A DNA stretch of 64,000 nucleotides from an uncultured Spirochaetota bacterium (GTDB lineage Bacteria; Spirochaetota; Spirochaetia; SZUA-6; Fen-1364), in the NCBI GenBank assembly GCA_963781885.1, contig CAWAHW010000006.1, positions 192,001 through 256,000 of the forward strand. The letters run 5' to 3'. A program made the position numbers and the translations under genes. The notes under the pieces were generated by a model. It ran no database searches. It was not told where the DNA came from and saw only the letters and a program-made list of their open reading frames with translations. Positions 29,701 through 38,065 of the stretch are shown here, piece after piece. Each line of letters begins with the position of its first letter. The first letter of the stretch is position 1.

Positions 29701-29799
29701 GGGACGATCGCGTCCCTCTGCGCAACATTTCTGGTGCTTCCGGCTGTCGCATCGGCCGTTCCCGTCTTTGCCCGCCGCTTTCCCGAGGTGAGGAGATGA
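26746..29799 (+). CDS. RND permease (AcrB/AcrD/AcrF family), degenerate proton-relay site
   Basis: 1017 aa. GVDAEEMERLVTVPLEDAI. TM4 is GIGMIVDPGIIV, TM10 is GIIVNNAILILD and TM11 is RTRALLLTS. Confidence 0.9.
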   Translation: MKASANGTALLETWFRRKATIVSVLLILLVLLVAALRSLQFGPSCAVGPAVFSVSMEYFGVDAEEMERLVTVPLEDAIAALSGMQRLRSTSEYGKSVVEVTLSPTTAPDRFYLALRDAVNGLSATLPKAVQRPEIQSAANDQRPFFIATVLAPGATLDETRDLVELTVKPALKRIDGVGELEVGGGSQLEVHLVVDQKKAVAAGLSFDAIASALQAAYVSRPIGRLRAAGFDTPIILDGRFDSLCALADLCLSLGDDRFVRLGDIADVTYGGREQDTISRIDQEQRVTLFIKSAGTANVVAVSKALRRRIAELSSRHLSFDIIYDLGADLSASIDDVLWSLAVAMGIVAFFVGVALRPLRNACLLTAFLPVVVLAAAAILSSLGISVDHNILAGIGVGIGMIVDPGIIVLSSLVAAGRPDGSPARVVKELFSPLVASTATMLIVLIPLLTMGRSISGLSEVSYALALMLVISLSLAVFFLPAFAKRRVVTEGAWFSTGGRIPFLDPEKLRHLSRRARHSLDAVVLWAGLHCGAVLAATALVCGLGVFAAFRMDLVLTPTPDAHSIFAHIEFKSGTSIDTIDERTTALARVIGAMPGVRHVESIARRESSQLTITTTGSPSENAAVRAGLTRAGLQMTDAFVYLPEGMGDTDQALEVSITGADNNMLRECARKVAEILRGASWVSQVVLNFKEGPPAYVLSVDQEEVSTYGLSTADIAGTLRWSMYGPVALKWLERDSREIDLRIRSRADEHGDLAAIQRTSILGAGGRAVSVARLGTFVAEQPPSRIFRADRQRAVSLTVHSGLRDTGLVLRSLESALAAFPLPAGYAFRVDRLIYERLRQFQTLAMLLLGALMLVFITLATQMESLSSPVLVMSIVPVSLSVPVAFLWLIHVGIGVSVIVSLIIMTGIIVNNAILILDRTLRRCAALESFSAGEVRRSLRFAVRHRTRALLLTSAATILGVTPFLFGAVVGSELFRPLAIVVFWGTIASLCATFLVLPAVASAVPVFARRFPEVRR

Positions 29800-30653
29800 C
29801 GAAGCTGCGCGGCTTTGCATGCCTTGTACTCGTTCCATCCCTCCTGGTCACGCTTGCCTCTTGTGCGGCCCGACAAGATTCGGTCGCCCTTGTCCTTTCC
29901 CTTGCCCCCGGCATGGAGAGGACGATGCAATTCACGACGGAGCAGCATTTCACGAGCTCACGCTTCGACGGCGCAGCGGACCCCTCGTCGACGCTCTCCC
30001 TCACGTACCGGTTCCGCGTCGAATCGGTGAGCGCAGCGGGAGTGGCAAAGGTCGAATCGTTGGTGCTCGACATCACGACGGCGAAAGGCGTTCCGGGAAT
30101 TGGTGCCCTTGCCGACAAGCTCCGTCGCCGGACGTACGTGGCGACAGTCGATGCATCAGGCCGTGTTCTCGATCTGCAGGCGGACAAGCCCGACGCGCTT
30201 GCTTTGCCGGGGGTGCCGCTTGCTCCCGCGGGCGGCACGGAGGGCGTTCCGTCAGGGGGTGATCTGGGGGTCCTTTTCGTTGGGCTGAATGGAGAGAAGG
30301 TATCCGTGGGCCAGACCTGGACGACAGCGCTGCCGCATCAGGGCTCGGGGCTCCGCGGGACTCTTCGCTGGACGCTCGCCTCGGTCGGCAGGTCCACGAC
30401 GCGCCTCGACTACACCGGCGTGCTGGAGAAACAGCGGGTGCCCATTTCCAACCTGCCCGCCGGCGCCGAGGCTATCCTGGCCGGCGATTGTTCCGGTTTT
30501 GTCGAGCTTGAAAGGGATACCGGCTGGCCGCGACGCGGCGCCATGGTGATCCGCGCGGACGTCTCCCTTGGCGCGTCAGAGACGGAGGCAGGCCCCGGCG
30601 CGGCATTCGTTTCGATGCGAATCGTCACTCGATTCGACGCGGTGCGCCGATGA
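29796..30653 (+). CDS. Beta-rich lipoprotein (DUF6263-like)
   Basis: AGGAG RBS with ATGA overlap on the RND stop. Lipobox LAS-C, plus VSVGQTWT and LERDTGWP motifs. The upstream part of ORF 28749..30653 is shadow. Confidence 0.65.
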   Translation: MTKLRGFACLVLVPSLLVTLASCAARQDSVALVLSLAPGMERTMQFTTEQHFTSSRFDGAADPSSTLSLTYRFRVESVSAAGVAKVESLVLDITTAKGVPGIGALADKLRRRTYVATVDASGRVLDLQADKPDALALPGVPLAPAGGTEGVPSGGDLGVLFVGLNGEKVSVGQTWTTALPHQGSGLRGTLRWTLASVGRSTTRLDYTGVLEKQRVPISNLPAGAEAILAGDCSGFVELERDTGWPRRGAMVIRADVSLGASETEAGPGAAFVSMRIVTRFDAVRR

Positions 30654-30679
30654 TGCACGCTGTTGAGCCCGACGAAAGA

Positions 30680-32080
30680 CTACAGAAGCTGCGACAGGCG
30701 CTCCTTGAGCGGCCCGCTTGCTTTCTTCGACTGGTCAGCGAGGTAGGCGGCAACCGTGGGCGTCTTGAGGGCGGACTTCAGCATGAGCACGCCATCCGAT
30801 GTGTAGACATTTTCATGGCTGATCGACAGCAGGCCAAGCACCGGCGGAAGCACTGTCTGCGGATCGCCTCCGGCCAGAAGCCGTGCAAGAATGACGTCGA
30901 GCTCCGGCCGCAGCAGGATGAAGCGGGCCTCGGCCGCTGCAATGTCGTTGAGCCTGCCGAGCTCGATGCGTGTCTCCCGCGCTGCGTCGGATGCGGGTGC
31001 GAGCAGGATCGTCTTTTCAAGCACGCTTCGCACATTCGCCAAGGTGTAGGCGCCGGGTCCCCTCTTCATCGCGCGCCAGAGGTGGTAGTAGAAGGCGGGA
31101 TAGCTGCGATAGCGCCCCTCCAGGGATGTGTAGTCGGTCAACAGACTGACGGTGACATTCTGCTTCTCCAGCGAGCAGGACAGAAGCAGAAATCGTGCAA
31201 ATGGATCGTCGACTCCCTGCAGCGCTCCGGTCAGGGCACCGAGCGCGTCCGACCAACGGGCATGCAGGTACGCCGAAAGCCCGCGCAGCAAGGCTTGCGC
31301 ATTCATGCTTCCCAAGCCTGCCACGTCGGTGCGGCGGGAAAGGGCGTCGAGATTCAGATCCAATTGCTCGATCGTGATCGCCCCCTGGGATTGCTGATAC
31401 AGCGTTTCCTTGAATGCTGCCAGCACACTGGTGACGGTCTGGCCCGTCTTCTCCCGCAACGCCGATTCAAGGAGCCCGGTGCCCGGCTGGTAGCCGAGGC
31501 TTTCTTCGCAGTCCTCGAGCACTTTCAAAGCATCGGCATCACGCGCCGCGGCGCCCAGCGCCTGCGCGTACACCGCATAGTCCACGGCGGACTTCTGGAC
31601 ATTTTTCTTTTCCCAGGCGGCCTGGAAATCCGCGATCGCTGCAGCGGCGTTTCCCGCCTGCGCAAACGCCCTTGCACGAACGATGAGCGCGGCAGGATCC
31701 CCCGCCCGGGCCGCGGGTGTGACCACGGGAAGAGCGTCTGCGGGCTTGCCCTGCAGGAGGAGCGTTCGCGCGTATTCGAGACGGGCCGCCTGCGCCGCGT
31801 CCGGGGAAACGCCCGGCCTTTCGTTCAGGCTTTGCGCGCTGTGAAGATACACGGCAGCGACGTCGAGCTGTCCCAAGGCGAGATAAAGCTCGCCCAGGCG
31901 GTATTTGACCCCAAAAGAATCGGGATTCTCCTGATCCAGCTCAATAAGGGCGGCGAGCCGCTCGGAGGGAATCGTCATGGCGTCGATGCGGGTCAATCGA
32001 TCCTGCACGATTGCATTTTCCCCCTCACAGGCAGCGAGCAACGATACCGCGATCGCGCAGAACAGCATCAGTCGCCTCAT
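30680..32080 (-). CDS. TPR-repeat lipoprotein
   Basis: GGAGG RBS and lipobox LLAA-C. TPR helices KYRLGELYLALGQLDVAAVYL and ALIVRARAFAQAGNAAAAIADF. Confidence 0.8.
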   Translation of the reverse strand: MRRLMLFCAIAVSLLAACEGENAIVQDRLTRIDAMTIPSERLAALIELDQENPDSFGVKYRLGELYLALGQLDVAAVYLHSAQSLNERPGVSPDAAQAARLEYARTLLLQGKPADALPVVTPAARAGDPAALIVRARAFAQAGNAAAAIADFQAAWEKKNVQKSAVDYAVYAQALGAAARDADALKVLEDCEESLGYQPGTGLLESALREKTGQTVTSVLAAFKETLYQQSQGAITIEQLDLNLDALSRRTDVAGLGSMNAQALLRGLSAYLHARWSDALGALTGALQGVDDPFARFLLLSCSLEKQNVTVSLLTDYTSLEGRYRSYPAFYYHLWRAMKRGPGAYTLANVRSVLEKTILLAPASDAARETRIELGRLNDIAAAEARFILLRPELDVILARLLAGGDPQTVLPPVLGLLSISHENVYTSDGVLMLKSALKTPTVAAYLADQSKKASGPLKERLSQLL

Positions 32081-32168
32081 CTGACGCCTCCCGTTCGTCA
32101 GTGTACAGGATTTCGCTCTCGAAGCGAAGCATGATTCCGCATCGCCACCAGAAAGGAGAAAGCCGAAC

Positions 32169-35100
32169 GTGCCTTACCGCCTTGCCGTGCGACGACCCGT
32201 CGGAACCCTGATGCTGTACGTGGGCCTCCTGTTTTTCGGTCTCTTTGCCTCGGCGAATCTGCCGTTGGATTTCCTGCCGGCCATTTCGATGCCGACCCTC
32301 GTCGTTTCGGCCTCCTATCCCGGCGCCTCCGCAGAGGAGGTCCGTCAACTCATCACGATCCCGCTCGAAGATGCCTTTGCTTCGATAAAGGGAGTCTACG
32401 CGATGCGCTCGATCTCGCGCCGAGGCGTCGCGACGCTCACGCTGGACTTCCAATGGGGGGCGAACATGACCGTCGCCGGCGTTGAGACGCGCGAAGTCAT
32501 CGACACGACCTTTCCGCTTCTTCCTCAGGAAGCGGAAAGGCCGCAGGTGTTGCCCGTCGATCCCAACGCCCAACCGGTCCTGATCATCGGGGTCCGGTCG
32601 AAGGACGGCAGCTTGGGAACGGCGCGCAGGCTTGCCGATCGAGAGATCAAGACGGCGCTCCAGCAGGTCGACGGCGTCGGCTCCGTGACGCTCGTGGGAG
32701 GAAGCGAAGACGAAGTGCAGGTGCAGGTCGATCAATCCCGTCTGCAGGCAGCAGGCCTCACCATCGATGATGTCGCATCATTTTTGGCCGGCGCAAATGT
32801 CGATCTCCCCGCAGGGGCCTTTATCGAAGCCAACAGCGAGTTCCTTGTCCGGACAAAGGGACGAGTCACCACACCGGAGGATCTGGCCGATCTTCGCATT
32901 CCCCTGCAGAGCGGCGGGGGGATCCGTATCCGCGATCTGGCGGACGTCGCCTGGCATCCGAAAGAGCAGATCTCGCTCTTTACAGCCAACGCACTGGAGT
33001 ACGTCGGTCTCGAAGTCCGTGCCCGCAATGGCGAGAGTCCCGTCCGGCTTTCCCAGCGTCTGCGCACGGAGGTGGACCGTCTCTCACACGCGTACGGCAG
33101 CAGCCTCGAGGTCGAGGTGATGGAAGACAGCGCGACCACCATCGTGCAGTCTATTGGCGGACTGGTCTTGGCAGGCGGCGTCGGAGGAGCGGCCGCTTTC
33201 CTCATCATGTTTCTCTTCTTGCGCCGCCTGCGTCCTTCCGCGATCCTCATCAGCGCGGTACCCTGCTCCGTGCTCTTCTGCTTGCTCCTTCTATGGATCG
33301 CAGGCCGCACGATCAACGTGATGTCGCTGGGCGGAATCGCGCTTTCCATCGGCATGCTGGTGGATGACGGCGTGGTGGTCCTCGAGAACCTCCAGAGACG
33401 CATCGGCGGCGCCGCGGAGGGAAGGCTGCGGGAGATGGTCGTGCGCGCGTGCGCCGAAGTGGCGGGATCCATCCTGGGGTCCACCCTCACCACGATCGTC
33501 GTCTTCGTGCCCGTGATCTTCCTCCCCGGGCTGATCGGCGCGCTCTATGCCGATCTTGCACTCGCCGTCATTTTCTCCCTCTTCGCCTCACTCATCGTCT
33601 CCATGACGCTCATTCCCGTCCTGTTCCTCCTCACCTATCCCCGCCGGCCCGATTGGACGGGAGAGCATGCGTTGCGCGCGGGCCCGCTGGAGCGGGGATA
33701 TCGCAAGATGCTCGCCGCGGCGCTCCGGCGCCCGCTTGTCGTCGGGCTCGGGCTGCTGGGCATCGTGGCCCTCACCGTGCCCCTGGTGCCGGCGACGCGC
33801 ATGGAGCTTGTCGCGCCGTATGACGGAGGGACGATCGCGGTGCGGATCGTCGCCGCGCCGTCGACGAGCATGGAGCAGCTGAAGCGGATTGCGTTTTCCG
33901 CCTCTGCGCGCGTCCTGTCCGTGCCCGGCGTTGCCTCGGTGTGGAGCCGGGCCGGCGGGGAAAGCGAAGATACCTTCTATCTTGCCGACCCCGACACGAG
34001 CAGGGAAACCATCACCCTGTCGGTCCACACCCGCTACGGCCGGCGCCCCGCATCCCTTCCCATTGTCGCCGAGCTGCGCAAGGCGCTGACCGTGGAGGGC
34101 GCCGACGTCTCGGTGTCGCTTCCCCGCTCGAGTCTCGCGCAGCTTCTCGGTCTGCGGGGCGCCGGCTACGAGCTTTCCAGCCTGGGGCAGGCGCCGCAGG
34201 ACGCGCGCGCCCGAGCCGACCAGGTCGTGGACGAGCTTCGGGCGGCGGACCCCGCGGCGGCGGTCCACGTGGCCGAGGCCGCGCGCGTGCAGGAGCTGCA
34301 CTACACGCCCAACCGGGAGTCCCTTGCCCGCAGCGGGGCGAGCGTTGCGACGGTGGCGCAGACGACCTGGGAGGGCCTGGAGGGCGCCGTCTCCACGAGG
34401 CTCAGCTCTGGCGGGCGCGACTACGACGTGCGGATCATCCTTTCGCAAGCCGACCGGTCCGACCGCAAATCCCTTTCCGCCCTGCGCGTGCGCACGCCCG
34501 CAGGAAGCCTCGTGGAGACGGGTGAGGTCGTCCAGATCGATGAGGGAAGCTCGCCGTCCGCGCTCGTGCGCGAAAACCGCCAGGACGTTTCCCGCGTGGT
34601 TGTCGAGCAGGGGGCGATGTCATCCCGCCTGCGCACGGCAATCGCGCATGCGGCGGCGTCACCCGACGTCCGGGATGCCGCCCAGAGCATCTTCTCCCAG
34701 CACGCGGGGGAGATCGCGCTGATCCTCGTCATCGCGCTTGTCCTCCTCTACCTGCTCCTGGGCGCGCAATTCGAGTCTTTCATCCAGCCGCTCATCATCC
34801 TCGTCGCCGTTCCCCTGGCGACGACGGGAGTCCTTGCCGCGCTTCTCCTTGCCGGACAATCGCTGAATCTCAGCTCGGGGCTGGGGGTGCTGGTGCTCTT
34901 TGGGACCGTGGTGAAGACCTCCATCATCCTTTTTGCGAACTACCGCCGGCGCATCGATGCGGGCTCCCATTCGTCATTCGCCGTCTACACGGGAACGTCG
35001 GAGCGCCTGAGGCCAATCCTCATCAGCACCGTTGCGACGATTGCCGGGCTTCTGCCCATCGCCGTGAACCTCAACGGGCTTTCCACGGAGGACGGGATTG

Positions 35101-35198
35101 CCATCGCAATCATCGGCGGGCTTGTCGTCTCGACCGTGCTCACGCTTTTTGTCGTGCCGCTCATCACGTGGCGGTACTACAGGGCAAGGGGAAGGTAG
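32169..35198 (+). CDS. RND permease (AcrB/AcrD/AcrF family), canonical proton-relay site
   Basis: AAGGAG RBS, AVRRPV and YPGASAEEV. TM4 is IGMLVDDGVVVLEN, TM10 is GTVVKTSI and TM11 is RLRPILIST. Confidence 0.92.
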   Translation: MPYRLAVRRPVGTLMLYVGLLFFGLFASANLPLDFLPAISMPTLVVSASYPGASAEEVRQLITIPLEDAFASIKGVYAMRSISRRGVATLTLDFQWGANMTVAGVETREVIDTTFPLLPQEAERPQVLPVDPNAQPVLIIGVRSKDGSLGTARRLADREIKTALQQVDGVGSVTLVGGSEDEVQVQVDQSRLQAAGLTIDDVASFLAGANVDLPAGAFIEANSEFLVRTKGRVTTPEDLADLRIPLQSGGGIRIRDLADVAWHPKEQISLFTANALEYVGLEVRARNGESPVRLSQRLRTEVDRLSHAYGSSLEVEVMEDSATTIVQSIGGLVLAGGVGGAAAFLIMFLFLRRLRPSAILISAVPCSVLFCLLLLWIAGRTINVMSLGGIALSIGMLVDDGVVVLENLQRRIGGAAEGRLREMVVRACAEVAGSILGSTLTTIVVFVPVIFLPGLIGALYADLALAVIFSLFASLIVSMTLIPVLFLLTYPRRPDWTGEHALRAGPLERGYRKMLAAALRRPLVVGLGLLGIVALTVPLVPATRMELVAPYDGGTIAVRIVAAPSTSMEQLKRIAFSASARVLSVPGVASVWSRAGGESEDTFYLADPDTSRETITLSVHTRYGRRPASLPIVAELRKALTVEGADVSVSLPRSSLAQLLGLRGAGYELSSLGQAPQDARARADQVVDELRAADPAAAVHVAEAARVQELHYTPNRESLARSGASVATVAQTTWEGLEGAVSTRLSSGGRDYDVRIILSQADRSDRKSLSALRVRTPAGSLVETGEVVQIDEGSSPSALVRENRQDVSRVVVEQGAMSSRLRTAIAHAAASPDVRDAAQSIFSQHAGEIALILVIALVLLYLLLGAQFESFIQPLIILVAVPLATTGVLAALLLAGQSLNLSSGLGVLVLFGTVVKTSIILFANYRRRIDAGSHSSFAVYTGTSERLRPILISTVATIAGLLPIAVNLNGLSTEDGIAIAIIGGLVVSTVLTLFVVPLITWRYYRARGR

Positions 35199-35295
35199 GC
35201 CTGGCCGCGGGAAAGCACGCACGATTTGCATTTGCCTCGTCTCCCCTGTACATTGTTGTCGGGCCCGAATGGCATTCTTGCGAGGAACCTTGGTA

Positions 35296-35889
35296 ATGAT
35301 GCGAACAAGCTTCGTCTGGATTTCGCTCGTGATCGCAGCCATGACTGTGTCTCTTTGCGGATGCATTTCCCCGCAGGTCCCGCCCGTTGCCCTGAAGATT
35401 GAATATCCGATCACCGTCAATTACGACCGGACCGTTGGTGATTCCTTAAGTGCAGGACACTACAAATGGGCATATCATGAAATATCGGCCAGGAACTTTT
35501 CCAGCAGCGAGTCTGGAACCAAGAGTCTTCAAGCGGTCCTTGTGAAGCTCAATTCATATACCGCCGTGCCGGAGATCGTGAAAGAGCAAGCCAAAATGGG
35601 ACTCACGCCGGCCACCTTGGGAGAGCTTCTGGCATTTGGAGAGGCCTATCCCGACGTACAATCCGCGGTCTCCGTCATTGCGCTAGGATCGTATTCCGAT
35701 TTGTATGAATCGTATTTCGTATACAATCGGCACACCATGCAAATGATGTCCGTGCGATCCCTGGAGCGTCTTTACCCCTATCTGTCAACGAATATTTTCG
35801 GGCGCATGGCCAATATGATGGAATCGGAATTGGTGCCAACGTATCATAATCCAGGACTGTATGGGCTTTTTATCAAGCCCCAGCCATAG
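35296..35889 (+). CDS. Hypothetical lipoprotein
   Basis: GAGGA RBS and lipobox SLCG-C. Contains GLTPATLGELLAFGEAYPDVQ...VIALGS. AT-richer than neighbours. Confidence 0.65.
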   Translation: MMRTSFVWISLVIAAMTVSLCGCISPQVPPVALKIEYPITVNYDRTVGDSLSAGHYKWAYHEISARNFSSSESGTKSLQAVLVKLNSYTAVPEIVKEQAKMGLTPATLGELLAFGEAYPDVQSAVSVIALGSYSDLYESYFVYNRHTMQMMSVRSLERLYPYLSTNIFGRMANMMESELVPTYHNPGLYGLFIKPQP

Positions 35890-35989
35890 ATTGGCCTTTG
35901 ACTTATTCAGCCCACGACGGATACGGTTCCAGCGATCAGGGTGCAGCTGATCGAATTTGGTGTTAGTGTCAGGAGTCGTGGATTCACCA

Positions 35990-36853
35990 ATGACACGAGA
36001 GATGAGCACGGAAGGCTTGACGCTCATCGCCCACGGAGGGCAGGCAGAGATTTTCGACTGTGGAGACGGCAAGATCCTCAGGGTCGCCAAGCGACCGCAG
36101 GATTTCGACCGAATACTATTTGAATACACCGTGTATGCGTCCTTGTCCGGCAGAGGGCTATCCGTTCCTCACGCCTACGAGCTGGTACGTGTTGATGGTG
36201 CGCCGGCCATCATCATGGAAAAGATCCCTGGCGACTCGATGATGAGCATTATTGCGAGGAACCCATTCAAGGCAGGCAGGATGGCACGCCAGCTTGCCCG
36301 GCTTCATCTGGAGCTGAGCAAGGTTCGGGCGTCACCAACCATCACATCCACAAAAGCAAAGGCGGAGTTTTGCATCAAGGCGTCGCAGGTGCTCTCGGAG
36401 AGGACAAAGGAAAGGGTTTTCGAAGTGCTCAAAGAGCTGCCGGACGGAAGTGCTCTCTGCCATGGTGATTTCCACCCGGGAAACATCATCTGTCACGATG
36501 GAAGCAACTACTTGATTGATTGGGTCGGTGCCTCACGGGGCGACTTCCGTGCCGACGTTGCGCACACGTACATCCTGCTCCGCGTCGTTCCGAGAGTACC
36601 GCACCTCAATGGATTCATCTATTTCATGCAGAAACGGATAGGACGCGCCATGGCGAATCGCTATTTGGCAGGCGTTGGTCTGGGCTCTACGATAGACAGC
36701 GCAATGTTCTCGAAATGGGTCCTCGTAAATGCCGCGGAGCGCACCTACCACGGTATGCAATCCGAGAAGGCACGCCTCAGCGCATTCATCGATAGATACC
36801 TCGGCGTCTTGGACAAGGGCGGGAATCAGCGGTTGCTGTACAAAGCCCTTTGA
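35990..36853 (+). CDS. APH/choline-kinase-like phosphotransferase
   Basis: Brenner motif LCHGDFHPGNII followed by LIDW. N-terminal GGQAEIF. Start uncertain (35978/35990/36002). Confidence 0.85.
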   Translation: MTREMSTEGLTLIAHGGQAEIFDCGDGKILRVAKRPQDFDRILFEYTVYASLSGRGLSVPHAYELVRVDGAPAIIMEKIPGDSMMSIIARNPFKAGRMARQLARLHLELSKVRASPTITSTKAKAEFCIKASQVLSERTKERVFEVLKELPDGSALCHGDFHPGNIICHDGSNYLIDWVGASRGDFRADVAHTYILLRVVPRVPHLNGFIYFMQKRIGRAMANRYLAGVGLGSTIDSAMFSKWVLVNAAERTYHGMQSEKARLSAFIDRYLGVLDKGGNQRLLYKAL

Positions 36854-36944
36854 ACGCGGATGACAACTCCGGGACGGGTGCTGAGCTCCCTGTTGGGTCC
36901 TTGACGTCTGTCGCCGCGGCGCACGAGCCTCCGTGTCGTCTCCG

Positions 36945-37334
36945 TCAAGCGCGCGCGGGCCTTTTGGTTGCCGTCTTCTTCCTATTCTTCTCCAGCCGGA
37001 ATTGGACAATCCGCTTTATCAGGTCCAACGGGAGCGGTTCATCCATGGGAAACTGGACGGAGCCTTTCCCGTTTTTGTATCGAGAGAGCTCTTTTTGAAA
37101 CGCGCTGACGCCGCGTGGCGTCGGATAAAACCCGATGTGGTTCTTGAACGCGGCAAAATGGACGAGGTTGCCGTTGAGATAGAAAGTCGGTATCTGGTAG
37201 GAGATTTTCTCCTGCGCCTCGGGAGCCAGCTTCTTGACGAGCCGCCTGATTGATTCAAGCTTCTTTTGCACGTCCACCGGAAATGACTTGATGTAGTCGT
37301 CAATCGTCTGCTTTCCCTGCTTTGCTTTTTCCAC
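36945..37334 (-). CDS. DUF1801 (YdhG-like) protein
   Basis: TIDDYIKSFP...APEAQEKISYQIPTF...VHFAAFKNHIGFYP...KGSVQFPMDEPLP. Confidence 0.88.
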   Translation of the reverse strand: MEKAKQGKQTIDDYIKSFPVDVQKKLESIRRLVKKLAPEAQEKISYQIPTFYLNGNLVHFAAFKNHIGFYPTPRGVSAFQKELSRYKNGKGSVQFPMDEPLPLDLIKRIVQFRLEKNRKKTATKRPARA

Positions 37335-37344
37335 GGATTCCCCC

Positions 37345-37377
37345 AAAAAGAAGCGGGGACCCGCCACGGGTCCCCGC
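37345..37377 (-). terminator. Rho-independent terminator
   Basis: GCGGGGACCCG-CCA-CGGGTCCCCGC hairpin followed on the minus strand by TTCTTTTT, just downstream of the two small helical genes. Confidence 0.75.
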
Positions 37378-37400
37378 ATGTCCGTTGCCGGTCCGTCGCG

Positions 37401-37676
37401 CTACTTTGCGTTGGCTGCTTCCGCGGCGAGCTTGACCTCCACGTAGGCCTGGTTGAGGAGCGCCTTGGCCTTCTGCGCGTGGCCGCCCATGTCGAACTCA
37501 TTTGCTGATTGCGCCGCGTCGATCTTGGCGATTGCATGCTCGATGGCAGTCTGCGCATCCGCGAGGTTCGGGTGGCGACTTTGGCTCACCTTCATGGAAG
37601 GGGCCGACATGCAGCCGGCGAGAAGAAAGACCACGGCGCAGCCGATGATGAAATGCTTCAGGTGCGAAGATTTCAT
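37401..37676 (-). CDS. Small helical-hairpin lipoprotein (paralogue of next gene)
   Basis: Lipobox LLAG-C and RHPNLADAQ...ANEFDMGGHAQKAK...KLAAEAAN. Confidence 0.75.
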   Translation of the reverse strand: MKSSHLKHFIIGCAVVFLLAGCMSAPSMKVSQSRHPNLADAQTAIEHAIAKIDAAQSANEFDMGGHAQKAKALLNQAYVEVKLAAEAANAK

Positions 37677-37686
37677 ATCGATTTTC

Positions 37687-37959
37687 TCAGTTATTGGCTG
37701 CTTCCGCCGCGAGCTTGATTTCAACATAAGCCTGGTCAAGAAGATCTTTCGCCTTCTTGGCGTGGCCGCCCATATCGAACTCGTTCGCCTCCTGTGCAGC
37801 CGACACCTTGTTGATGGCTCTCTGGATGAACTCCTGCGCAGCCGCAAGATTCGGATGGCGCGCCTTGCTCACCTGCTGCCCGAAAGCCGCTACACCGAGG
37901 GACAGCGTGCCAACGACCATAAAGCCGATGACGAGGTTCCGAAAGAAACGTCGGTTCAT
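37687..37959 (-). CDS. Small secreted helical-hairpin protein
   Basis: AGGAGG RBS, signal peptide and RHPNLAAAQ...ANEFDMGGHAKKAK...KLAAEAAN. Confidence 0.8.
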   Translation of the reverse strand: MNRRFFRNLVIGFMVVGTLSLGVAAFGQQVSKARHPNLAAAQEFIQRAINKVSAAQEANEFDMGGHAKKAKDLLDQAYVEIKLAAEAANN

Positions 37960-38065
37960 GAGTGCCTCCTAGAGAAAGATACTATAGGAAGTCGGAGCGT
38001 CCGGGAATAGAAATCTTGCAGCGGTTCGGCAGGATGCGATCCGCGCGGCAAAGGCGCCCCGGGCG

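Noticed and set aside
16490-32134. Long antisense ORFs (16490..18268, 22183..23901, 30650..32134 and similar)
   Set aside because: These are high-GC shadow frames opposite well-supported genes, with no recognisable motifs.
20942-35198. Classical type I secretion, two-partner (CDI) secretion, or a plain antibiotic/metal efflux pump
   Set aside because: No ABC ATPase, RTX repeats, TpsB barrel or haemagglutinin repeats are seen, and the giant protein has a Sec signal. Plain efflux cannot be excluded, but it does not explain the Ig/TPR lipoproteins or the degenerate RND.
5389-36853. Integrative mobile element with att sites
   Set aside because: No integrase, transposase, tRNA target or flanking direct repeats were recognised by eye, so it is described only as an accessory locus.
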